The position numbers and the translations under genes were made by a program. This document shows, one piece after another, positions 27,402-37,748 of a stretch of DNA of 44,314 bases. The notes beneath the pieces are model-generated. The model ran no database searches, was not told the origin of the DNA, and saw nothing but the letters and a program-made list of their open reading frames with translations. Origin of the DNA: Candidatus Altiarchaeota archaeon (GTDB taxonomy: Archaea > Altiarchaeota > Altiarchaeia > IMC4 > QMZM01); NCBI GenBank assembly GCA_016931955.1, contig JAFGDV010000043.1, positions 1 through 44,314 of the forward strand. Reading direction: 5' to 3'. Positions within the stretch are counted from its first letter, which is position 1. Each line of letters begins with the position of its first letter.

Positions 27402-27431
27402 TCTGCCTCTTAAATCATATACGGTGAGAAA

Positions 27432-28841
27432 ATGGTGGAAAGGGTAGGCATATTAGTCATCAGCTACGGTTCACGGGCCGCCTCAATGATAGACGCATTC
27501 TCTAGGAGCGAAAAATACGAAGTAGAATTGTACATAGCAGACAAACAAAAGAATCCATTCAACCTGGAAAAAGCAACAGTGCATAAGGTCATACCCGATC
27601 TAGACATTGAAAAGATCATCGAATTCACTAAAAGACATAAAGACTGCATAGACTTCGGAATATGCGGGCCAGAGGGGCCGATAATAGAAGGCATCAGAGA
27701 CAGGATAGAGGGGGAATTCAATATCCCGTTAATCTGCCCGACCAAGGAGTACGCCCTCGAAGTAAGCAAGGTCGCCCAAAGACACCTCCTAGAGGAAAGC
27801 TGCCCGGAAACCAATCCCAGATTCAAGGTCTTCGAGAAATCAGGGTACAAGAACGAGAAAGAGGTAAAAAAAGCGGTCTGGAAGTGGCTGGATGAGCTCA
27901 AAAACCAGGCGGCTGTGAAACCAGACAGGCCAGGATACGGTAAAGGCGTCGGCGTCTGGGGAGACCACTTCAGGTGCAGGAGGGAGCTCTTCGACCACTT
28001 CATGTCAATATACGAGCACGACGCAGTGATAATAGAGGAGAAAATAGATGGAGAAGAATCATCCTTCCAGTGCTTCTGCGACGGAAAAAATATTGTTCCT
28101 TTACCTGACACCAGAGACTACAAGAGGGCGTTCGAAGGAGACCTGGGACCGAACACCGGCGGCATGGGCTGCTACAAAGACTACGGAGACTACCTGCCCT
28201 TCATGACCAAGAAAGACAGGGAAGACGAACTTGATGCAGTAAACAAGATATTCAAGAAGATGAAGGCTGAAGGGGCAGGAGACGGTCTAAGGGGGATACC
28301 ATTCTATGTTGCATTCATCCACTCAAAGGAGGGAGCGAAGATCCTCGAAATAAACTCGAGAGGCGGAGACCCGGAAATAGCCGCATTAATGCCTCTGCTA
28401 GAAGACGACTTCATAGACGTCTGTTATTCAATGATCGAAGGAAAACTGAAGAAAGTCAACGTTGACCCAAGGGCGGTGGTATTAACCTACAAGGTGCCCC
28501 CAAGCTACGGCGGATTCATGAGTAGATTCCACGAAGAAGTGGATGAGGGGGAGGTTGGGATTGCCGCGGACCTCACTCCAGCGTACAGGCTGAGGGAAAA
28601 ATACGGAGACGATCTAAGGGTCTACCCCGGTTCCATGGAGCTCCGAGACGGACAGACCTTTCCGGGGAAATCAAGGGCAGTATGCTGTGTAGGGATAGCT
28701 GAGAGCATAGAGAAGGCCAGATTCATCTCACAGGAGGGCATAAGATCCATAAAGGGGGGAGCCCTCTGGTTCAGAGACGACGTAGCCTCCTCAGAACACA
28801 TCAACAAGAGCATAACACATATGAAGGAGTTAAGGGCTTAA
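27432..28841 (+). CDS. purD: Phosphoribosylamine-glycine ligase
   Basis: GPEGP, GKGV, IEEKIDGEESS, DYKRAFEGDLGPNTGGMG, EINSRGGDPE. Confidence 0.92.
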   Translation: MVERVGILVISYGSRAASMIDAFSRSEKYEVELYIADKQKNPFNLEKATVHKVIPDLDIEKIIEFTKRHKDCIDFGICGPEGPIIEGIRDRIEGEFNIPLICPTKEYALEVSKVAQRHLLEESCPETNPRFKVFEKSGYKNEKEVKKAVWKWLDELKNQAAVKPDRPGYGKGVGVWGDHFRCRRELFDHFMSIYEHDAVIIEEKIDGEESSFQCFCDGKNIVPLPDTRDYKRAFEGDLGPNTGGMGCYKDYGDYLPFMTKKDREDELDAVNKIFKKMKAEGAGDGLRGIPFYVAFIHSKEGAKILEINSRGGDPEIAALMPLLEDDFIDVCYSMIEGKLKKVNVDPRAVVLTYKVPPSYGGFMSRFHEEVDEGEVGIAADLTPAYRLREKYGDDLRVYPGSMELRDGQTFPGKSRAVCCVGIAESIEKARFISQEGIRSIKGGALWFRDDVASSEHINKSITHMKELRA

Positions 28842-29452
28842 GGCTTACAGACACCACACGGAACATAGCCTTCGCTTTCGGCATCTTCTCTGGAAGAAAA
28901 ACAGACAATGTTCTCGGGCTTGATCTTCTTAGCATAGCGACAGTCGCAGTTGTGATATTTATCCGATGATAAGCTGCCGACAAAATTTGTTCCAGGAGGA
29001 CAGCTGAGAGCAGAGCAAGAATCATTGGGCTGCGTCGAGGTAGTAGTTGTTGTGGTGGAAGTCGTAGTTGTGGTAGTGGTGGAGGTGCAGGCCGACATCC
29101 TTGTCGTTGTAATCCAGTCCAGGGTAGATGTTGTTGTCGTATCTGCTGGTTGGGGGCACTTCTGGGATTCATTTACTATGGAGCCGTCATAACATACGTA
29201 TCTCAGAACCTTCACCAATTGAGGCTCTACTCTGGGGCATTCCTCAGGACTTCCTTCAATGGTTCCGCCGGGGCACACGTAGTTTATAACATCAACCTTC
29301 TCCGGCTTCTCTATCTCACACCTCCCAGGATCAGATACTATGCTCCTGTCAGGGCACACGTAGTTCACAACAGAAGAGGTTCTGGTTTTCTCGGTGACGC
29401 AGGCTGCTAGGAGGGCTAATATCAAGAGGAATGGGATGGCTCTGATCTCCAT
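28838..29452 (-). CDS. Lipoprotein with three YVC repeats, Thr stalk and C-terminal Ada-like Zn-binding domain
   Basis: LAAC lipobox; YVCPDRSIV / YVCPGGTIE / YVCYDGSIV; FVGS..SDKYH..DC...IKPEN..F.S...A...GYVPCGVCKP. Confidence 0.8.
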   Translation of the reverse strand: MEIRAIPFLLILALLAACVTEKTRTSSVVNYVCPDRSIVSDPGRCEIEKPEKVDVINYVCPGGTIEGSPEECPRVEPQLVKVLRYVCYDGSIVNESQKCPQPADTTTTSTLDWITTTRMSACTSTTTTTTTSTTTTTTSTQPNDSCSALSCPPGTNFVGSLSSDKYHNCDCRYAKKIKPENIVCFSSREDAESEGYVPCGVCKP

Positions 29453-29468
29453 ATAATACTTTATATTT

Positions 29469-30215
29469 CTAAATAAAAATATCAAGATAATTCCCTACAA
29501 AGGCTGCTGCCAGACCACCCGCAGTCGTCGCGATAAAATTCGTCAAATGCTTGTCTAATCTCTTCCTCTCCACAGTAGCACCAATAAAGCTGTCCACATT
29601 ACAACCAAGAAAACCGGCGAAAGCACCAATAAAGAGCACCCCCAAATGTCTACCAAACAACAAGGGAATAGAGGATATCAATGCTGCACCGACCAAGGCA
29701 GCAATTAATCCATAAATAGAAACAGCGCCGCTCCTGCCGACCTCCACCCTCTTCCAGGAGGTTATAAGCCAAGGACGCTTCTCATGGGCCTGACCCACCT
29801 CGGTCGCGAAGGTGTCAGCCATCGCCGTAGCCATGGAACCGACAACGGCGAAGAGCAAAGCAGGCAGACCAGTGAAAAAGAACAAGATAGAGAATATGGT
29901 GGCTGCGCCACCGTTACCGAACACGTTACGGAAGGATCTGACCCCCTCAGCAACCCGATACCCCTCCTTAACCGAGTACTTATATTTGGTGACAAGGTTG
30001 CCAAAAACAAAAAACCCTATCACAAGATATAGGAGAGGCCAATCCTCCAGCAGAGAAAATATGACGACCAAGCCAACAAATCCTGAAGCAATCAAAGCAG
30101 AGAAGTCAATCTTCCCCATCCAATAAGCCGACACAATAACTAAGATAGAAAGAAACACAGTCAACAAAAAATAAGGGTCAAGGTAATCCATCCTAAGTTT
30201 AAGATAGGGATTCAT
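29469..30215 (-). CDS. DUF92/TMEM19-family membrane protein
   Basis: RNVFGNG, ADTFATEVG, GRSGAVS..G, DSFIGATVE, TNF. Confidence 0.88.
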   Translation of the reverse strand: MNPYLKLRMDYLDPYFLLTVFLSILVIVSAYWMGKIDFSALIASGFVGLVVIFSLLEDWPLLYLVIGFFVFGNLVTKYKYSVKEGYRVAEGVRSFRNVFGNGGAATIFSILFFFTGLPALLFAVVGSMATAMADTFATEVGQAHEKRPWLITSWKRVEVGRSGAVSIYGLIAALVGAALISSIPLLFGRHLGVLFIGAFAGFLGCNVDSFIGATVERKRLDKHLTNFIATTAGGLAAAFVGNYLDIFI

Positions 30216-30258
30216 AGGTTAAAACAAGCCCTCATCCTGAACATAGTTCTTCCCCCAG

Positions 30259-30317
30259 CAAACTTTTCTTAAAAGTTTGATCAAAACAGGCACAGCACAT
30301 GCTTCGCTTGGCTGCGC
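30259..30317 (-). repeat. Dispersed two-hairpin palindromic repeat, copy A
   Basis: Minus strand GCGCAGCCAAGC...GCTGTGC-CTGTTTTGATCAAACTTTTAAGAAAAGTTTG; aligns with 37846-37900. Confidence 0.7.
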
Positions 30318-30356
30318 TACCTCTTTTTTCTGGCACGACTTTATAATAAAAAAAAC

Positions 30357-31883
30357 CTAAAACAGGTCCTCGTCTTGAACATAGTTTTTGCCGGTTCTGA
30401 GGGCTATCTCCGCCTTCTCCAGTTCCCTGCCTAAGTAGGCTGCATGATAGAGGCTTTTCACCAAGCCCCTGAATATGATCTCCTTGTAGATTTGTTCTGC
30501 CCTATGTCCAGTGAATTTCAGTCTGGGTTCATCGTCTCTGTAAAAGACTACCTCGATGTTGCCAGAGATATATATGCTAAAAGAACATTCCTCCAGACCA
30601 TAATCGCTGACGGAGGCGGCCTCGATGGCCTTCAAAGCAGCCTCGCCAGGATTCCGTAAAATCCCAGGACTTCTCTTATCTTTAAGGGAGAGCAGGTCAA
30701 TGCCGAGATCCTTCGGCGCTTGCCCTCTTTTCTTTGAGAGATACATCATCTTAGCAGCCTTAGAAAGCTCCCCAACGGCGCCCTTCGTCTTACAGCTTGC
30801 TTCGGTCGAGAAAAGCAAGTCAACACCTAGCTCAGATGCAATGGATGCCAGCAGGGCATTAACGCCGAGTGAGTCAGCATCCAGCAACTCGGTGACGTTG
30901 CCACAACCCATCATCATAGGAATCTTTGAGTGTTTAGCCCTGAATTCATGGAATATCTGCAGTGAGTTCACCAAGCCGAGGTTCGGAGGATCCAACACTA
31001 AGTCTACTATGTATTTCCTGAAGCCAATATCCTCGAGCCTCTGGATTAAAGACTCGACAAGGGAGATCCTCTCACTGACTCCCTGGGGAACGCCTTTACT
31101 GTCCCTTGGTATGACTACCGCTGGGATATCCATGGAAGCCGCTACCTCATAGTTCGTCTGATCAAGGCTTAGGACTAGGTCAATACCGGAATCGACTGCA
31201 GACACTATCTCATTCGGATTAAGGGAGTCGATGCTTACCGGAACATCAACGACGGATTTAACGGCATCAACCAACCTGGGAACCTCCTTAGAGTAGTCCG
31301 CTCCATAGACCATCCCCAAATCCAATACTGAGGCGCCGGAGCCAACATAATAGGCGGCGGCCTTCTCCACTTCAGGATCGCTCAACTTAGGGGCGTTGGG
31401 GATCTCAGCAATAACATGCATCACCCCAGTTCCGAGAAAGACTGGCTTTCTGTCCCCAATACGCAGAACAGAGCCATCGGTTGAGGAATAGGCCCTTATG
31501 AGTTCTGATTCGATGCTAGCTCTAAGCTCCTTCCTTAACAGCTCGTCTGCGGGCGTCTCCTCAGAAAGCCTCAGATCAGTTTTGGATAACAGAGCAAGAA
31601 CCTGAGGCAGATCAGAGAAGTGCTTAGGTCCCTTGACACAGGGAATACGGAAGGCTTTACTAAGCTCGGAAAGACCTCCTACAACAGAACCGGGCACTAT
31701 GATCAGAGACACATCATCCAAATCCAGACCAGAAAGCTCATCCAAGACAAGCTCGGGAGACAAAAAAGAGGCAACATCTGTGTTGCATACGTGAACCTTC
31801 ACAGGGAGAGGGGCTGAGTCCGCGGCTTCTTTAACCGCCGACGAAGCATCCCGCCCAGTCAAGAGGAGAATGTGCTTTTTCAT
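30357..31883 (-). CDS. Dihydropteroate synthase-like protein (TIGR00284/MJ0107 type) with DUF4346-like C-terminus
   Basis: LLTG, DVASF, KGPKH..DLP, VIAEI, VSIDS, GNVTELLDADS.G.N, HAAYLGRELEKAEIAL..GKNYVQD. Confidence 0.88.
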   Translation of the reverse strand: MKKHILLLTGRDASSAVKEAADSAPLPVKVHVCNTDVASFLSPELVLDELSGLDLDDVSLIIVPGSVVGGLSELSKAFRIPCVKGPKHFSDLPQVLALLSKTDLRLSEETPADELLRKELRASIESELIRAYSSTDGSVLRIGDRKPVFLGTGVMHVIAEIPNAPKLSDPEVEKAAAYYVGSGASVLDLGMVYGADYSKEVPRLVDAVKSVVDVPVSIDSLNPNEIVSAVDSGIDLVLSLDQTNYEVAASMDIPAVVIPRDSKGVPQGVSERISLVESLIQRLEDIGFRKYIVDLVLDPPNLGLVNSLQIFHEFRAKHSKIPMMMGCGNVTELLDADSLGVNALLASIASELGVDLLFSTEASCKTKGAVGELSKAAKMMYLSKKRGQAPKDLGIDLLSLKDKRSPGILRNPGEAALKAIEAASVSDYGLEECSFSIYISGNIEVVFYRDDEPRLKFTGHRAEQIYKEIIFRGLVKSLYHAAYLGRELEKAEIALRTGKNYVQDEDLF

Positions 31884-31931
31884 TTACCTGCGGTTAATTA
31901 TTTTTGTCTGCTGGTAAATAATTAAGAGAAA

Positions 31932-32180
31932 ATGGATTACAAAGTCGAGGTAAGGATCGAACTAAAGCAGGGAGTAATCGACGCAGAAGGGGAGACAATC
32001 CAGAAATCGCTGAAGCTGCTGGGCTACCCCATCGAGAAGGTAAGCAGCGTAAAAGTCTACATAATAGAAGTAAAAGCAATCTCCAAGGAGGACGCAGAAA
32101 AAAAGATCAACGAAGCCTGCAGAAGACTTCTCGCAAACCCAGTAATACAGAACTATTCTCTAAGTGTGAAAAATGCCTGA
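31932..32180 (+). CDS. purS: FGAM synthase subunit PurS
   Basis: LKQGVIDAEG, CRRLLANPVIQNY. Confidence 0.95.
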   Translation: MDYKVEVRIELKQGVIDAEGETIQKSLKLLGYPIEKVSSVKVYIIEVKAISKEDAEKKINEACRRLLANPVIQNYSLSVKNA

Positions 32181-34476
32181 ACCATACCGGAAGATCCTAG
32201 ACAACGTGTATGAGATCGATCTCTTAGAGGCGGATGACTCTGATTTTGAGAGGATAAGCAAGGAGAAGTCCCTTGGATTAAGCCTGGAGGAGCTGAAAAA
32301 GATCAGGGACTACTTTAAGCGAGAGAGAAGGAATCCAACTGATGTGGAATTGGAGGCCTTCGCACAGTCCTGGAGCGAACACTGTTGCTATAAGAGCTCA
32401 AAACCCATACTCAAGAGAACCGTTTTCACGATAAAGGCGCCGCAGAACATCTGCGTCATAGCGGAGGACGCCGGCGTGGTGGACTTCAACAAAGAATACG
32501 CATACGTCGTAGCACTCGAAAGCCACAACCATCCATCAGCATTAGACCCATACGGCGGAGCAGCCACCGGAATAGGAGGAATACTGAGGGACGTCGTATG
32601 CATGGGAGCGCAGCCTATCGCATTAATCGATCCATTATTCTTCGGCCCACTCAACTATAAGGAAAAACTACCTAAGGGGACGAAGCATCCACAGTATTTG
32701 TTCAAAGGAGTGGTTTCAGGGATAGCAGATTACGGGAACCGCGTCGGAATACCAACCATAGCGGGGATGGTAGAGTTCCACGAATCCTATATAAGCAACT
32801 GTTTAGTGAATGTGGGCTGCATCGGCATCATAAGAAAAGACGAAGTAGTGCACAGCAGAGTGGGCAATGTCGGAGACGTCTACATCATGGCAGGCGGAAA
32901 GACAGGAAGAGACGGCATACATGGAGTAAGCTTCGCCTCAGCCGAGCTCGGCGAAGAAAGCGAGAAAAAAGACATACCTGCAGTACAACTAGGTTACGCC
33001 ATAATGAAGGAGCCACTGATGCACGCATGCCTTGAAGCGAACAAAAAAAAGCTGTTGACTGGGATGAAAGACTTTGGGGGAGGAGGTTTATCCTGCGTAT
33101 CAAGCGAGATGGCGTACGCAGGAAACAAGGGTGCTGTGATAGAACTAGACAACGTTCCATTAAAGCAGGAAGGCATGGCTCCATGGGAGATCTGGGTCTC
33201 TGAAAGCCAGGAGCGGATGATGATGTCAGTCAGGCCGGAAAACGTCAAGAAAGTACTGAAGATATTTGAATTCTGGGACGTCCCCGCAACCGTAGTCGGC
33301 AGAGCAGACGACACAAAGAGGATCAAAGCAGTGTATAAAGGAAAGACCGTGTTAGACCTGGACCTCGACTTCCTCCTCAAGGGGGTTGTATACGACCGGC
33401 CTGCAAAGTATGTCGCACGAGATGAGGCCGACCCAGGATTCAAGATGCCAGACTTAGAGGATACAGCATTAAGGATGCTGAACTCTCCTCGCGTCGGCAG
33501 CAGAGAATCAATAATACGCAGATACGACCACGAAGTCCGCGGAAACACCATACTCAAACCGATGCAAGGCAAGATAAACCATCAAACTCATGGAGACGCC
33601 GCAGTCATAAAGCCTCTAGTAGACAGCTTCCAAGGCTTAGCGATTACTGCTGACGTGAATCCCATATTCTGTAAACAAGACCCATACTGGGGAGCTGCCT
33701 CCGCAGTAGACGAAGCAGTAAGAAACCTGGTTTCAGTAAACTCCAGACCCCATTCCATGGCCGATTGCTTGAACTTCGGCAACCCCGAAAAAGAAGACAG
33801 GATGGCAGATCTAATAAAAGCATGCGAGGGACTATATTTTGCCGCGAACGCATTCGAAACCCCTTTTGTCTCAGGCAACGTCTCCCTCTACAACGAAGGC
33901 GTCAAGGGACCGATAGCTCCGACGCCGACGCTGCTTGGAATAGGCATAGTCAAAGACGTCAGAAAGACGGTCTCCTCAGACCTGAAGGAAACAGGCAACA
34001 TCCTCTACTTAGTCGGGAAAACCGGACAGGAAATGGGCGGCTCAGAATACTATCGGATGCTCGGCTTAAAGGGGGGCCTGGTTCCAAGGGTCTACCCAGA
34101 GAAGACAAAGAAGAGCATGAACTGCATACTGAAAGCCATGGATAAAAAACTGGTGAGGAGCTGCCACGATCTCTCAACCGGAGGATTATTGGTTGCAGCT
34201 GCAGAGATGGCATTCGGCGGCGACTTAGGCGTTGAATTAGACATAAGCGAAGGCAACATGAGAACAGACTACAAGCTCTTCAGTGAATCAAACGGCAGAT
34301 GGCTGATAGAGGTCAGAAAAAAAGACGCTGAAAGATTCGAGTCCGTGGTGGATGCTAAGAAGATAGGGAGAACGACAAAAGATGGGAAGTTGAAGATAAA
34401 AGACGGAAAAATAGATCTTGAACTACCTCTAGAGGAGCTGCGAGACAAATGGGATGCCGCATTGGAGAAGGAATGA
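32173..34476 (+). CDS. purL: FGAM synthase subunit PurL
   Basis: WSEHCCYKSS, ESHNHPS, GAATGIGGILRD, SESQERM, GNVSLYN. Confidence 0.97.
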   Translation: MPEPYRKILDNVYEIDLLEADDSDFERISKEKSLGLSLEELKKIRDYFKRERRNPTDVELEAFAQSWSEHCCYKSSKPILKRTVFTIKAPQNICVIAEDAGVVDFNKEYAYVVALESHNHPSALDPYGGAATGIGGILRDVVCMGAQPIALIDPLFFGPLNYKEKLPKGTKHPQYLFKGVVSGIADYGNRVGIPTIAGMVEFHESYISNCLVNVGCIGIIRKDEVVHSRVGNVGDVYIMAGGKTGRDGIHGVSFASAELGEESEKKDIPAVQLGYAIMKEPLMHACLEANKKKLLTGMKDFGGGGLSCVSSEMAYAGNKGAVIELDNVPLKQEGMAPWEIWVSESQERMMMSVRPENVKKVLKIFEFWDVPATVVGRADDTKRIKAVYKGKTVLDLDLDFLLKGVVYDRPAKYVARDEADPGFKMPDLEDTALRMLNSPRVGSRESIIRRYDHEVRGNTILKPMQGKINHQTHGDAAVIKPLVDSFQGLAITADVNPIFCKQDPYWGAASAVDEAVRNLVSVNSRPHSMADCLNFGNPEKEDRMADLIKACEGLYFAANAFETPFVSGNVSLYNEGVKGPIAPTPTLLGIGIVKDVRKTVSSDLKETGNILYLVGKTGQEMGGSEYYRMLGLKGGLVPRVYPEKTKKSMNCILKAMDKKLVRSCHDLSTGGLLVAAAEMAFGGDLGVELDISEGNMRTDYKLFSESNGRWLIEVRKKDAERFESVVDAKKIGRTTKDGKLKIKDGKIDLELPLEELRDKWDAALEKE

Positions 34477-35285
34477 AGATGAGAGTGTGTGTTCTTTTCA
34501 TGGAGGGGACGAACTGTGAGGATGAAACAAGGAGGGCATTCGAGCAGATTGGCTTGGAGGCAGAACTGGTACACTTGAAGCAGCTTACTGGGGATGTTAT
34601 CCCCGAGTTGAGGAGAAACCTTGGAGACTACAGTGTCCTGATGATCCCTGGAGGGTGGAGCGCAGGCGACTACGTCCGGGCTGGAGCTATATTCGCTGCC
34701 AGGATAAAGAGCAAGCTCAGGGAGGACATCAAGGACTTCATAGAAGACGGGAAACTCGTGCTCGGAGTCTGCAACGGATTCCAGGTTCTGACAGAGCTTG
34801 GACTATTGCCGGCCTTTGAAGGAATATCTGAGACACCAGAGGCGGCGTTGACGAACAACGCCAACGGCAGATTCCAGTGCCGACCCGTCTATCTGAAACA
34901 TACTGGAAAATGCAGGTTCACTGAAAAGATCGGAGAAGATAATGTGCTGCAGATCCCGGTTGCACACGCTGAAGGCAGATTCACCTTCGGGGAAAATGAC
35001 GAAAAATATCTGGAGAAGCTGATAGAGAACGAGCAGATAGTCTTCAGGTACTGTAGAGCTGACGGCTCCGATGCTTTGGGGGAGTTCCCATGGAACCCCA
35101 ACGGCAGCCTCTACGATATAGCAGGCATCTGCAACCCAGAAAAGAATGTTCTTGGGATGATGCCACACCCTGAGCGAGTGGTGGACGGAATACAACAAGC
35201 CGACTGGACTAGAAAGAAAAAAGGAAGAGGAGACGGTAGAATATTCTTTGAAAGCATTAGAGAATGTCTAAAGAGGGGGTTCTGA
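34473..35285 (+). CDS. purQ: FGAM synthase glutaminase subunit PurQ
   Basis: GTNCE, PGGWSAGDY, GVCNGFQ, AHAEG, MMPHPER; ATGA overlap with purL. Confidence 0.97.
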   Translation: MKMRVCVLFMEGTNCEDETRRAFEQIGLEAELVHLKQLTGDVIPELRRNLGDYSVLMIPGGWSAGDYVRAGAIFAARIKSKLREDIKDFIEDGKLVLGVCNGFQVLTELGLLPAFEGISETPEAALTNNANGRFQCRPVYLKHTGKCRFTEKIGEDNVLQIPVAHAEGRFTFGENDEKYLEKLIENEQIVFRYCRADGSDALGEFPWNPNGSLYDIAGICNPEKNVLGMMPHPERVVDGIQQADWTRKKKGRGDGRIFFESIRECLKRGF

Positions 35286-35402
35286 ATGGAAAAGAAAAAA
35301 GAAAAGGAAAAAGAACTCACAGAAGAAGAAAGGAAGGAATTGAGAAAGAAGAGGAGAAAGGAGAGGAAACTGCAGAAGGCGTGGCTTTACAATCCTAGGT
35401 AG
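35286..35402 (+). CDS. Possible 38-aa highly charged microprotein (not in ORF track)
   Basis: ATG abuts the purQ stop (TGAATG); MEKKKEKEKELTEEERKELRKKRRKERKLQKAWLYNPR*; fills the gap to pcn. Confidence 0.5.
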   Translation: MEKKKEKEKELTEEERKELRKKRRKERKLQKAWLYNPR

Positions 35403-36129
35403 ACTCTATCCTCGGCGCGAGAAAATACACCACCCTGCCATCGCCTATTGAATACTCCACCCTCAACGGAGCATCCGTTCTTATCTTCAGTGAGATTATG
35501 CTACCCTGATCTGAGGCCTTCAATAGGTTGTTAAGCTGATCCAGAGAGAAAACGGCCCGAGATTTCTCCTTCACCTTAAAGTCCATGAGGTTCTCCTCCT
35601 TCAGCTTTATCTCGGCTGAGCCTGTATCGCCCTGAGCCGTAATAGTGAAGCCTTCATCAACCACCAAAGCGACGTGGTTGCTTACGAGTTCAGCATCCTT
35701 CAAAGCCTCCTTAAGTATGTTCGCCCCCACCTTGATTTCTGAAGTGAACTCAACGCTGGGCTCCTTCGGCGGAGAAGTAGTTGATTCTATTATCGACATA
35801 TTAAAGCGCCTGTTCGCTTCTCCTTCGAAGACCATCTTAAGACGGTTGTCTTTCAGTGAAAACTCTATCTTATCCTCGGGCTTAGATCTGCGCGTGATCT
35901 TAGAAAGCTCGGCGAAGTCGACGGTTATGTTAGAAGGAGCATCGACTTTGTATTCGTCAAAGGCAGACGCTGGAAGCACGAAATCGACCAAAGCAATCTG
36001 CGACGGATCCATTGCACGCAGTTTCAGACCCTCCTTGGTTATCTGCAATGTGCCCTCATCTATCAAAGCAGCGATGGCTTCTATGCTGTTACGCCACGCC
36101 TTGGTATCAGAGATTAATGCCTTGAACAT
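35395..36129 (-). CDS. pcn: DNA polymerase sliding clamp PCNA
   Basis: AMDPSQIALVD, C-terminal FLAPRIE, 244 aa. Confidence 0.96.
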   Translation of the reverse strand: MFKALISDTKAWRNSIEAIAALIDEGTLQITKEGLKLRAMDPSQIALVDFVLPASAFDEYKVDAPSNITVDFAELSKITRRSKPEDKIEFSLKDNRLKMVFEGEANRRFNMSIIESTTSPPKEPSVEFTSEIKVGANILKEALKDAELVSNHVALVVDEGFTITAQGDTGSAEIKLKEENLMDFKVKEKSRAVFSLDQLNNLLKASDQGSIISLKIRTDAPLRVEYSIGDGRVVYFLAPRIEST

Positions 36130-36171
36130 TTTAGCTCTAAATATATTATAATCCAGGCAATAAAAAGAGGG

Positions 36172-37713
36172 TTATAGAGTGAACCTCTCCCGGATGAAGT
36201 CCTTGTCGAGGGACAATATAAAGCTTGCAGCCTTAGGACCCTTCCTCCGACCTATCAAGACCAGATAAACCGCCTCAAACATCTCAGGCGGCTTCAATCC
36301 GATCTCGCGCGAAATCTCATACATCCTCTTATGGAGCGCCTCAGGCTTCCATTCACGGCCGAGTTCATCCGCCAGCTTACCTAACGCAGCAGACTGCTTC
36401 TCGCTGAGCCCCCCCCTGATTTTTCGAAAACCAGAGTCGTCAAGGAGCGTGAACTGCAGATAATCCGGTCCATACCTAGTATTCCATTCCCTTGCAAATC
36501 TGATCCTGCGCTCAAGCCTCTGGGGGTCGAAGCCACCATAGCCGTGACGCCTAAGCCTCCCTTCCATCACCTCTAAGTCAAGATCTGGAACAACCTGGGC
36601 TAATACAGCGCATAGAGTGAACGGTATCTGCAACATCCTGGGCTCGTTGACTTGGGAAAGCAGGTAATGCCTCTTCACGTCTTCATCACCCTCGGTAAGT
36701 CCAAAGTAGACCTTCTCTGCTTCATCGTATTCATCTACCATGTTCGTCAGAGCGCCTAGGTTTATGTCCCTCTGCTTCTGCAGACGCTTATACATGAAAA
36801 ACTTCAAGACCTCTGGCTCACAGATCTGAAGCCAATCAGACAACGTGATAACATTACCTCTGGAGGATGAAATCTTCTCCCCGTTCAAGGTGAAGAACTC
36901 ATAGACCAACGGCAGAGGAGGCTCCCAGCCAAAGACTTCCTTGGATATGATCCTCGAGGTCCAATAGGAGCCGCCAGCGCTTGCATGCTCTTTTCCAAGA
37001 GGCTCACAGGTCACCTTAAAGTGACGCCAACGAGCAGCCCACTCCACCCGCCAAGGCAGCTTACCACGCCCTTCTCTGACGTCCGCTTCGCCCCTGAAGC
37101 CGCAGCCCTTAACCAGGCCACCGGCTAACTCAGCATCCTCGCATACGTAATCAATAATGTCGCCGTTTCTGCCAACAGCCTTCGCAGTAGATATCCTGCC
37201 GCAGCCCTCACAGACCGGATTCCAGGGAATGAAATCCTCAGATAGAGGATCCTTCCGGAATTCATTAAGTATTGCAACAATCTTCTCTGAATTATCTAAG
37301 GCAGTCCTTATCTCTTCATACAGGGCACCTGAGCGATAAAGTTCCGTCCCAGAATATGTCTTAGGCTTAACGCCAAAGGCTTCAAGATCAGATAGAAAAG
37401 GCTCAACGAAGTGTTCAACAAAGCTTTTATGGCAGTTGAATGGATCAATGATGTCGTGGACCGGAAAACCCAGATAGTCTTTAACAGCCTCCAAGCCCTT
37501 GGGGATTTTCCTCAACGGATCAGAGTCGTCTGCGACCCAGATAAATCCCGACGTTACTCCCTTATCGGCTAACGCCTTACGAACAGCATCACCTCTTATA
37601 ACGTCAGAGGCATTGCCCACATGAGGGATCCCAGAGATAGAGGTCCCAGTCTCAATAACATGCTCTTTACCACGACCAAGCAACTCATCAGCCACACTAT
37701 CAGCCCAATGCAT
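36172..37713 (-). CDS. lysS: Class I lysyl-tRNA synthetase
   Basis: MHWAD, SGIPHVGN, GKLPWRVEWAARW, GKEH, KISSSRGN, GPK. Confidence 0.97.
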   Translation of the reverse strand: MHWADSVADELLGRGKEHVIETGTSISGIPHVGNASDVIRGDAVRKALADKGVTSGFIWVADDSDPLRKIPKGLEAVKDYLGFPVHDIIDPFNCHKSFVEHFVEPFLSDLEAFGVKPKTYSGTELYRSGALYEEIRTALDNSEKIVAILNEFRKDPLSEDFIPWNPVCEGCGRISTAKAVGRNGDIIDYVCEDAELAGGLVKGCGFRGEADVREGRGKLPWRVEWAARWRHFKVTCEPLGKEHASAGGSYWTSRIISKEVFGWEPPLPLVYEFFTLNGEKISSSRGNVITLSDWLQICEPEVLKFFMYKRLQKQRDINLGALTNMVDEYDEAEKVYFGLTEGDEDVKRHYLLSQVNEPRMLQIPFTLCAVLAQVVPDLDLEVMEGRLRRHGYGGFDPQRLERRIRFAREWNTRYGPDYLQFTLLDDSGFRKIRGGLSEKQSAALGKLADELGREWKPEALHKRMYEISREIGLKPPEMFEAVYLVLIGRRKGPKAASFILSLDKDFIRERFTL

Positions 37714-37748
37714 AAATATAGATTAAGCATACAGAAATAAAACGCCGG

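Noticed and set aside
35645-36151. 168-aa plus-strand ORF and similar antisense ORFs over purL, purD, paaK and liv genes
   Set aside because: Antisense shadows of well-supported genes
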